Shown here: positions 28,637 through 36,237 of the stretch, one piece after another
Layout: the number at the start of each line of letters is the position of its first letter
Numbering within the stretch: the stretch's first letter is position 1
NCBI GenBank assembly: GCA_019637995.1
Contig: JAHBUQ010000002.1
Coordinates: 323,428 to 387,427 of the forward strand
DNA length: 64,000 nucleotides
DNA from: Ignavibacteriota bacterium
GTDB taxonomy: Bacteria; Bacteroidota; Ignavibacteria; Kapaibacteriales; UBA2268
Reading direction: 5' to 3'
Notes under the pieces: model-generated
Seen by the model: the letters and a program-made list of their open reading frames with translations, nothing else
Told to the model about the DNA's origin: nothing
Databases searched by the model: none
Program-made: the position numbers and the translations under genes

Positions 28637-30085
28637 ATGAAAAAGTCCAAATATTTGTTAATTTCCATTTTAATGCTATTTTCAATCAGCTTTCTGACTA
28701 ATTCTTGTAAAACTCCTCGTAAGACAGGATTCGAGCTTCAGAAGGAAATTTACGAAGAGGAAATGCGATTGAAATATGGCGATGAAGAACCTCCAAAAGA
28801 AATTTATCTCAGCGATACAAAACCCATTGATTCAGTAGATGTAAATTTGCTAATATTCGATATGTTCAGGTTTGAAGCAGAGGATTATCCAAAAGAAGTA
28901 CGGTTCTTTGCAAGAGTTTACGACTCTTTGGGTAATTTCGTCACTCATATGGCTGACCCTTACAAAAAAGATAAGGATATCGAATATTTTACTTCGGTCA
29001 GAGAGGAACTTGGGAAAAATTACAAGATTAGGCACGCTCCAATCAAAGATTTTAAAGTCAGAGAGTTCGGAGCAGATGATTCAATTGCCTATGATATTGT
29101 GCTCACAGTTGATTACAGCGGCTCAATGGATGCAATTCTAAGTGCGATATTCGAAGGAACGGAATTGTTTGTTTCAATGAAATTTCCGCAGGATAGGATT
29201 GCTCTTGGCACATTTAACCGAACACTTGATGTAAAAGTGCCTCTTTTAAAAGATACTGCCGATATTCTCAGGCTTTACAGAGCTAAACGTAATGAAGGTC
29301 TGGGTCTTTTTACAGGTGTTTTTGATGCAATTTACGGAAGTATAAATTTGCTCAAAGACAGCCCGAAAGACCAACCCAAAATTGTAGTAATTTTATCCGA
29401 TGGTGATGATAATTATTCCAAAAAAAACCTTGATTCTTTAATCCGAAAAGCAAAAGAGCTTGATGTTCATGTATTTTGCGTCGCTTTTGGATATTCAAAG
29501 GATGAATCATTGAGATTGCTCTCGCAATATACCGGTGGAAAATTTTACAAAGCCCATACAAAAGAACAACTCATAGCAATATTTAAAGATATTTATATGA
29601 GCCTGAGATATTTTTACCGAATTACTTATGTACCGCCTACATATTGGGGTTATCATCATGCCTACGCCGCTATAAATGTGCCCGGAAGAGCAGATTCACT
29701 TGTAGCGGACGGGTTTTATGATACAACCGGCTGGCTTGCACTTTCAGATACAGTCGTCAGGCCGATTAACTTTGATTTTGATAAAGCTATAATCAAGGAA
29801 GATTCATATCTGACACTTGATGAATTAGTTGATTTAATGATGACCTGGCCCAATTTAAAATTTGATATTCAAGGGCATACTGACAATATTGGCACAAAAG
29901 AATATAACGAAGCATTGTCAGAGCGCCGAGCCCAAGCTGTTTATGATGCTTTAGTTGAGCGTGGGATTGACGAAAGAAGGCTTAGATATCGCGGTTTTGG
30001 TTTTGCTAAGCCTGTTGCCAGCAATGAAACAGAAGCAGGACGCTCAAAAAACAGAAGAACTGAATTCATTATAATCGCAAAATAG
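28637..30085 (+). CDS. Lipoprotein with a VWA domain and a C-terminal OmpA-like peptidoglycan-binding domain
   Basis: TNSC lipobox; DYSGS MIDAS, LSDGDDN; INFDFDKA, QGHTDNIG, LSERRAQAV, NRRTEF. Confidence 0.88.
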   Translation: MKKSKYLLISILMLFSISFLTNSCKTPRKTGFELQKEIYEEEMRLKYGDEEPPKEIYLSDTKPIDSVDVNLLIFDMFRFEAEDYPKEVRFFARVYDSLGNFVTHMADPYKKDKDIEYFTSVREELGKNYKIRHAPIKDFKVREFGADDSIAYDIVLTVDYSGSMDAILSAIFEGTELFVSMKFPQDRIALGTFNRTLDVKVPLLKDTADILRLYRAKRNEGLGLFTGVFDAIYGSINLLKDSPKDQPKIVVILSDGDDNYSKKNLDSLIRKAKELDVHVFCVAFGYSKDESLRLLSQYTGGKFYKAHTKEQLIAIFKDIYMSLRYFYRITYVPPTYWGYHHAYAAINVPGRADSLVADGFYDTTGWLALSDTVVRPINFDFDKAIIKEDSYLTLDELVDLMMTWPNLKFDIQGHTDNIGTKEYNEALSERRAQAVYDALVERGIDERRLRYRGFGFAKPVASNETEAGRSKNRRTEFIIIAK

Positions 30086-30091
30086 GTATTT

Positions 30092-31483
30092 ATGAATAAA
30101 TTCGCTTTTCTAAAATATTTACTACTGATTAATTTTCTGATATTATTAGGATTTCAGGCAAAATCTGAGCAAAATTCTGCTTTTTTCGCTGAGAACTATT
30201 CAGGTATAGCTGATTTAATAATCAAACAAGCGCATTCTGATACATTAGCATATCACCGGCTTGAATATATGTGTGATGTATTCGGTCCGCGTCTTAGTGG
30301 CTCGGAGAATCTTGAGAAAACTCTTGAATGGATGCTTTCGGAAATGAAAAAAGACGGCTTTGAAAATGTCAGAGCAGATGAAGTTATGGTGCCTCACTGG
30401 GTAAGAAATCACGAAAATTGCGAGCTGACTCATCCCAGAAAAGCTAATATTCCTGTTTTTGCATTCGGAGGTAGTATTGCAACCCCAAAAGGAGGAATTG
30501 AAGCTGAAGTTATTACAGTTGATAGTTTTGAAGATTTACACAAAAAGAAAAACCTTGTTCAGGGTAAAATAGTTGTATATAATTTTCCTTATGAAGGTTA
30601 TGGAAAAGGATTTGCATACAGATTTTATGGTGCCGACAGTGCTGCAAAGTACGGCGCTGTTGCATCGCTTATGAGACCTCTCAGTACAAATATTTCAAAT
30701 AATGTTCATACCGGGATGATGGTTTATTCCGACTCTGTCCCAAGAATTCCTCATGGTTCTATCACCCCTGAAGATGCAATGCTTTTTGGCAGATTAGTCA
30801 AATATGGAATCACTCCAAAAATAAGATTGGAATTTGATTTGGATTCTTTACCTGATGCTGTGTCGCATAACTTAATAGGTGAGCTGACGGGCACTGATTA
30901 TCCTGATGAAATAATTGCTGTCGGAGGTCACACTGATTCATGGGATGCAGGAACTGGTGCTCAGGATAATGCAGGTGGATGTATTGTTACCTGGGAGGCT
31001 GTCAGACTATTAAAAAATCTTGGTCTGAAGCCTAAAAGAACAATTAGAATTGTTCAATGGACTAATGAAGAGAATGGCGTAAGAGGCGGCTACTCATATC
31101 GTGATGCACATCAGCATGAAAAGCATGTACTTATGTTTGAACATGATTCAGGCATTTTCCCGCCATCTGCTTTGAGATATACCGGTTCTGAAAGTATGCT
31201 TAATACATTAAAAATTATTGAGCCATTGCTTCAAAAAATCAATCCGGAGATTCAGGTTACAAAAGGTGGTGGTGGCGTTGATATTGGTCCAATGATGCGT
31301 ACAGGTGTTCCGGGCATGAGTCTTGGCACAAATGATGGCGGAAAATACTTCTATTATCACCATAACCATTCAGATACACCTGATAAAGTGAAACCAAAGG
31401 ATTTGAACGATTGCATAGCCGCAATTGCAATTGCACTATATATTTATGCGGATTTACCACAAGAATTGATTAATCAAAAATAA
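30092..31483 (+). CDS. M28 family aminopeptidase / carboxypeptidase Q-like
   Basis: FGPRLSGS, PA insert, GGHTDSWD, GAQDNAGG, WTNEENG, EHDSG, YHHNHSDT. Confidence 0.9.
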   Translation: MNKFAFLKYLLLINFLILLGFQAKSEQNSAFFAENYSGIADLIIKQAHSDTLAYHRLEYMCDVFGPRLSGSENLEKTLEWMLSEMKKDGFENVRADEVMVPHWVRNHENCELTHPRKANIPVFAFGGSIATPKGGIEAEVITVDSFEDLHKKKNLVQGKIVVYNFPYEGYGKGFAYRFYGADSAAKYGAVASLMRPLSTNISNNVHTGMMVYSDSVPRIPHGSITPEDAMLFGRLVKYGITPKIRLEFDLDSLPDAVSHNLIGELTGTDYPDEIIAVGGHTDSWDAGTGAQDNAGGCIVTWEAVRLLKNLGLKPKRTIRIVQWTNEENGVRGGYSYRDAHQHEKHVLMFEHDSGIFPPSALRYTGSESMLNTLKIIEPLLQKINPEIQVTKGGGGVDIGPMMRTGVPGMSLGTNDGGKYFYYHHNHSDTPDKVKPKDLNDCIAAIAIALYIYADLPQELINQK

Positions 31484-31494
31484 CGGGATTTTTA

Positions 31495-32037
31495 ATGACA
31501 AGAGAGCAACTTGCTGCAGAAATTTATAAAGCATCTTATATTAAAGGTGAATTTTTACTACGCTCAGGCAAAATAAGCAATGAGTATTTCGACAAATATC
31601 AGTTTGAAAGCAATCCGGTTTTACTGGATGCTATTAGTGATTTTATGATTGACTTACTTCCAAATGATTTCGATATGTTTGGAGCACTTGAAATGGGTGG
31701 AATACCACTTGCAACCTTACTTTCGGTCAAAACAGGGAAACCTGTAATATTTACTCGCAAAAAAGCAAAAGAATACGGCACGCAAAAATTTGCCGAAGGA
31801 CCTGATTATGATGGTAAGAAAATCCTTATTGTCGAAGATGTTGTTACAAGCGGTGGTCAGATTATTTTAAGCGTAAAGGACTTAAGGAGTACGGGCGCTT
31901 TGATTCAGGATGCTGTCTGCGTAATTGACCGTGAAGCGTCAGGTGTGGAAGCATTGACCGAGAACAATATCTGTCTTCATCCACTCTTTACTATGAGCTA
32001 TATCAAAAATGCTGCAAATAAGGCTGGTTTAATTTAG
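31495..32037 (+). CDS. pyrE: Orotate phosphoribosyltransferase
   Basis: GEFLLRSGKISNEYFDK, RKKAKEYGT, VEDVVTSG PRPP motif. Confidence 0.93.
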   Translation: MTREQLAAEIYKASYIKGEFLLRSGKISNEYFDKYQFESNPVLLDAISDFMIDLLPNDFDMFGALEMGGIPLATLLSVKTGKPVIFTRKKAKEYGTQKFAEGPDYDGKKILIVEDVVTSGGQIILSVKDLRSTGALIQDAVCVIDREASGVEALTENNICLHPLFTMSYIKNAANKAGLI

Positions 32038-32078
32038 AACTCAGTTTTTTATTAAAAAATAAATAATTCTAAAAATGA

Positions 32079-32112
32079 AAAAGCCGAAAAGCAGTTAATC
32101 TCTTCGGCTTTT
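32079..32112. terminator. Bidirectional terminator between the convergent pyrE and flotillin genes
   Basis: AAAAGCCGAA ... TTCGGCTTTT inverted repeat with A/T tails on both sides. Confidence 0.7.
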
Positions 32113-32147
32113 ACAATTTTGTTATAGCTCATCTGAGATTGTAATTA

Positions 32148-33860
32148 TTATTCGCTCTTATCAACTTCAATGTTTTCAATTTCAGGTTCAGTGTCATAAT
32201 TATCTTCAAAACCATAATTATCAAAATTGCTTCTGAAATCATCCATAAAATTATCCTGATCATTCTCAGGCTTTTTCTTGAAACTATTCAAAATGTCAAT
32301 TCCTGTAGCATTTTCGAGCATTTCGGCAAGGTTTACAACAGCCGCAGGAATTTGATTTACTACCTTTGTCATAGGAGAGCCTGTTCCGCCACCTGAATCA
32401 ATGATGCTAATTTTATCAATTTTGACATCCTTAACAGTTGAAACGAGCTGCTCAATAATCTCAGGAAGCATATTTAACATAAAAATCCTGTCACCATCAC
32501 CTTCTGCAGAAATGTAAGCTTCAATTTTCTTACGCAGAATTTCGAGTTGAGCTTCACCATCAGCAATTATTGATGCAGCCTGACCTTTAGCTTCAAGTTC
32601 CATTGCTTCTTTTCTGGCTTTAGCCGGCTCTATAACATCAGCCATCAGTCTTTTCTTTTGGAGTATGATACGCTCTTCTTCAAGTTCTTGTTCGAACTTA
32701 ACTTTAGCTTTTGTACCGGCAACTTCAGCTTCTTTTTCCTTGACAACAGCAATTTTTTCAAGTTCAGCTTTTTTAATACGATAATTATTATTTTCAATTT
32801 CAATTTGCTGGTCAGCTTGTGCTTTAGAAATCTTTACGTTCCTTTCGGAATCAATCTGTGCTTGCTCAATAGCTTGCTTGGCAATAGCACGAGCTTTTTC
32901 TGCACGCTCACGAGCAAGTGCGTCGGCTTCCTCGGTAGCGGCTCTTTTATTTGATGCAGCAATGTTTATACCTTGCTCGGCTGCAATCTGTGCCTGCTCG
33001 ATTTCCTGCTTAGCAGCGGCTTGAGCTTTAGCGGCACGCTGCTCAGAGAGGGCTTCTGCTTCGCGTGTTTCTGCATTTTTGTTTGCACGCGACACAAGTA
33101 CATTCTGTTCAGATTCAATCTGTGCCTGCTCAATGTTCTGTTTAGAGAATGCTTTTGCACGCTCAGCACGTTCCTGAGCTTCAGCTTCAGCTTGCTCTGA
33201 TTCAGCTTTTTGGGCGGCTTCAACTTTTTTAGCATTGGCAATTACTTCAGCAGTTTTTCCACGACCAATAGAATTGAGGTAATCATTTTCGTCAGAAATA
33301 TTAGTAATTTTCAGAGTATCAAGCTGAAGACCAAGCTTCTGCAAGTCAATATCGGCTTCGTCCATAAGAGTTTCTGCGAATTTCAAACGGTCTTCATTCA
33401 CTTCTTCAGGAGTAAGTGAAGCAAGAACGCCACGCAAGTTACCCTCCAAAGTATCTTTAGCTATACCATGAATTTCAGACTCTTTGCGTGTTAAAAATCT
33501 TTCAACAGCATTACCAAAATATGGCTCCTGAGATGCAATTTTAATATTTGCTATAGCCTCAACTCGAAGAGGAATACCTCCTTTTGAATAAGCGTTAGTA
33601 ACTTGCAGTTCAATCGGTATTGTCTCAAGAGACATTCGAATTGCTTTTTCCAAAAGTGGTATTTTGATTGTTCTACCGCCACGAATTGTTCTGTAGCCGA
33701 CTGATTCTCCATTTTCGAGTTTGCGTTTTCTACCCGAAAGGATAATCACTTCATTTGGATGCGCTATAAGCAAAAGTTTGCTTATAGTGACTAAAATAAT
33801 AATTATCGCAATTGCTCCTAATGCGGCAAGCGGTAATAACAACTCAATAATACTTTCCAT
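32148..33860 (-). CDS. Flotillin-like SPFH-domain protein with an extended coiled coil
   Basis: N-terminal TM; AHPNEVIILSG, AVERFL, TLEGNLRGVLASLTPEE SPFH motifs; Ala/Glu-rich repeats; VKIDKISIIDSG C-terminal motif. Confidence 0.92.
   Translation of the reverse strand: MESIIELLLPLAALGAIAIIIILVTISKLLLIAHPNEVIILSGRKRKLENGESVGYRTIRGGRTIKIPLLEKAIRMSLETIPIELQVTNAYSKGGIPLRVEAIANIKIASQEPYFGNAVERFLTRKESEIHGIAKDTLEGNLRGVLASLTPEEVNEDRLKFAETLMDEADIDLQKLGLQLDTLKITNISDENDYLNSIGRGKTAEVIANAKKVEAAQKAESEQAEAEAQERAERAKAFSKQNIEQAQIESEQNVLVSRANKNAETREAEALSEQRAAKAQAAAKQEIEQAQIAAEQGINIAASNKRAATEEADALARERAEKARAIAKQAIEQAQIDSERNVKISKAQADQQIEIENNNYRIKKAELEKIAVVKEKEAEVAGTKAKVKFEQELEEERIILQKKRLMADVIEPAKARKEAMELEAKGQAASIIADGEAQLEILRKKIEAYISAEGDGDRIFMLNMLPEIIEQLVSTVKDVKIDKISIIDSGGGTGSPMTKVVNQIPAAVVNLAEMLENATGIDILNSFKKKPENDQDNFMDDFRSNFDNYGFEDNYDTEPEIENIEVDKSE
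32772..33167 (-). repeat. Three degenerate 132-bp (44-aa) tandem units in the flotillin coiled coil
   Basis: Units begin AERAKAFSKQNIEQAQI (33167), AAKAQAAAKQEIEQAQI (33035) and AEKARAIAKQAIEQAQI (32903). Confidence 0.85.
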
Positions 33861-33861
33861 A

Positions 33862-34548
33862 TCATACCTCTAATTTATCTACAATAAGTATATTTTCTAC
33901 AACTTCAATAACTAAAATTTTATCTCTAATGCCAAGACTATCATACTGCGAAGATTCGGATAGCTGAACAGAATATTCACGGCTGTTCGAGCCTGTATAA
34001 ATAACCGCTTTTGAAATACGGTCTTTTGTAATAGGAAGTCCGGCAAAACCTGTCTTGCCGATTAATCCTCTTATGCTGATTTCTCCACCTGATTCGCTAT
34101 TTCGCAAGTATTTCATCAGTCCGTAACCAAATAAATAGCTGAATGCACCCATACCAAGTGATGCAATTAGCACCAAAATTCCTGATATATCGAACAAATT
34201 GAAGACTGTGCCGGTCAGACCGAAGAAAGTCATAAAAAATATAAGGTTTCTGAAACTGAAAAATTGTGCGGCTTCCTTGATAATTCCTGATTTGCTGATA
34301 CTCTCAATCGTATTTGATGCAGAAGTACTTGTCAGGTCGGTATGGTGGTCGTAATCTGAGGTGTGGGAAATTTCGGTATCATGGCTCACATCAACATCAT
34401 GGCTCACATCAACATCATGGCTCACATCAACATCATTTCCAATATCGGTATCAGACAATTCTCCCGTATCGCCACCACCAAAGCTAATCAGGGAAGCTCC
34501 AAGCAGAATTCCGCCGAAAATTAAACAAGCAAGATAGAGAGTAAACAT
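33862..34548 (-). CDS. NfeD/YuaF-like flotillin partner
   Basis: TM - Asp/His-rich linker - FFSFRNLIFFMTFFGLTG TMs - C-terminal OB-fold (LIGKTG...I, ILVIEVVENILIV); ends 1 nt before the flotillin start. Confidence 0.8.
   Translation of the reverse strand: MFTLYLACLIFGGILLGASLISFGGGDTGELSDTDIGNDVDVSHDVDVSHDVDVSHDTEISHTSDYDHHTDLTSTSASNTIESISKSGIIKEAAQFFSFRNLIFFMTFFGLTGTVFNLFDISGILVLIASLGMGAFSYLFGYGLMKYLRNSESGGEISIRGLIGKTGFAGLPITKDRISKAVIYTGSNSREYSVQLSESSQYDSLGIRDKILVIEVVENILIVDKLEV
34381..34434 (-). repeat. Perfect 18-bp x3 coding tandem repeat (DVDVSH)
   Basis: atggctcacatcaacatc repeated three times exactly on the + strand. Confidence 0.95.
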
Positions 34549-34672
34549 TTTTCAAATTTGTAATTGTGATACTTTCTAAATTAATACTTTTTAAACTAAT
34601 ATCTCTATTTAATTCGATTTTTTTAAAAAAATGTTTCAAAAAAACTTGCCATTACAAATATTTAGAGATTTA

Positions 34673-35176
34673 TTAAAAAGGCATAGGAGGTAAATCGTCA
34701 AAATCAACTTCAATTTCTATGTTATATGTATTACCTTTTTCAATCATAAGCTGAGAAGCTTTAGTTTTATCGCCCGTTTCGGTATATACTCCTATTACCC
34801 TTTGGGATAAAATATCAGGTGTATATTGCCATACAGCAACAATATAAACCAGATTTACGGGTGCTTCAGTAATATCGAATGTAAAATTAATAGAATCCTG
34901 ATACATTGGTAGTGACTCACCGGTAAAATACGCATTACCGCCAAGAATTGCAAGTATGATATTCGAGTCGGGCATTTCCTTGAATGCTGCCGCTCTGATA
35001 GCAAAAACAGAATCTTCGGGGGGCCAGTTGTCATTGCCCTTAACAAATTTTATTTTTCCGTTCAAAACTGACTTGTCTGATTCCTTACGTGGAGCAAGTC
35101 CGCCGTCACAAGAAGAAACAATGAATAGAATTGTAACAGAAAATATCAAAGATAATATTTTATTTATAATAATCAT
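34673..35176 (-). CDS. Hypothetical lipoprotein
   Basis: VSSC lipobox followed by DGGLAP; single beta-rich domain; ends DFDDLPPMPF. Confidence 0.7.
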   Translation of the reverse strand: MIIINKILSLIFSVTILFIVSSCDGGLAPRKESDKSVLNGKIKFVKGNDNWPPEDSVFAIRAAAFKEMPDSNIILAILGGNAYFTGESLPMYQDSINFTFDITEAPVNLVYIVAVWQYTPDILSQRVIGVYTETGDKTKASQLMIEKGNTYNIEIEVDFDDLPPMPF

Positions 35177-35191
35177 TTTAATTCTTAATTC

Positions 35192-36043
35192 TTAATTTTT
35201 AATATATTCGTAATTGATTGCAGTAATAAAATTATTTTCAGCATCATACATTGCTGTACTGATAAGTAAATTATTTTCATCATAAATATGCTTAACCGTG
35301 ACCATCAATTTATTTGGAAAACCAATATTGCGAACTTCGGAAAGATTGGATTTTTCGTCATATATATTATGATATTTTATTTGGTAAGGTTCATCAATAT
35401 TTTTTTTGTAAACTTCGCGACTGTTTATACCGTTTGAATCGTAAAAATATGCCGTAATTCCATTGATTTCGTTATCCTTTGTATAATATGAAGTTTTAAT
35501 GATTTGGTTAAAAGGCTTGTCATAAAGATGAATTGCATATTCTATGACATTATTACTACTATCTTTTATACTTTCTATGACTACGCTTTTCTCTTCAACA
35601 TATTCGTATTGAACAGTTTGTATATGCACATCCTGATAACCTGTGGTCAGTACTTTCACCAGCTTCCCAAACGGGTCATAGGAGTAAGTGTGCTTTTGGA
35701 TAATTGTACGAAAATTATCCGTTTCCTCAAGATTGATGAGCATACCTTCATCATTATATTTATATATAGCATTAATTTGGACTGAACCATAATCATCAAT
35801 TGATTCAAATTTCAAGATATTGCCTTTTTCGTCAAAATACTCTCTTGAAACAATCTTTCTATCTGAAGTATCCAATTCACTTAATAATCTGTATGCGTAT
35901 TTTTCAACAACCTTATTATTAATTATCTGACTTCTGTTTTTTGCGATGTTTAACTGACTGAACTCAGAAAAAGGTTCAGTATGTTCGCTTCTGACAGAAT
36001 TAAATATTATTAAAAATATAACAATAATGTATAAATATTTCAT
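35192..36043 (-). CDS. Secreted protein with YD-like beta-hairpin repeats
   Basis: Signal peptide; repeated Y.YD..G.L/I units (YFDEKGNI, YKYNDEGML, YSYDPFGKL, YFYDSNGI, IYDEKSNL, IYDENNLL). Confidence 0.65.
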   Translation of the reverse strand: MKYLYIIVIFLIIFNSVRSEHTEPFSEFSQLNIAKNRSQIINNKVVEKYAYRLLSELDTSDRKIVSREYFDEKGNILKFESIDDYGSVQINAIYKYNDEGMLINLEETDNFRTIIQKHTYSYDPFGKLVKVLTTGYQDVHIQTVQYEYVEEKSVVIESIKDSSNNVIEYAIHLYDKPFNQIIKTSYYTKDNEINGITAYFYDSNGINSREVYKKNIDEPYQIKYHNIYDEKSNLSEVRNIGFPNKLMVTVKHIYDENNLLISTAMYDAENNFITAINYEYIKN

Positions 36044-36237
36044 GAATATATTACGATTTATAAAAATTGAGATTTAAAACTGAAATAACGATTTGAAATT
36101 ATAAAAATTGAAAGATATTTATAGCTTTCATAACCAAGAAACATTGTTTTTTAATAAAATACAAGTTTTTTAATATAATTTCGTAACTTTTTTCATATTA
36201 AATTGTCATTATACTAATTGTGTTAACATAATCTTAA

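Noticed and set aside
22680-33419. Alternative-frame and antisense ORFs inside fliC, fliD, the MCE gene and flotillin (e.g. 22780-23118, 24422-24844, 32658-32954, 32966-33241)
   Set aside because: Explained by codon bias and repeats of the real genes; not recognisable proteins.
34381-34434. Tandem repeat as a possible CRISPR array
   Set aside because: 18-bp head-to-tail units with no spacers, in frame within a CDS, and no cas genes.
35192-36043. Rhs/polymorphic toxin
   Set aside because: Too short; no RHS core signature, toxin tip or adjacent immunity gene.
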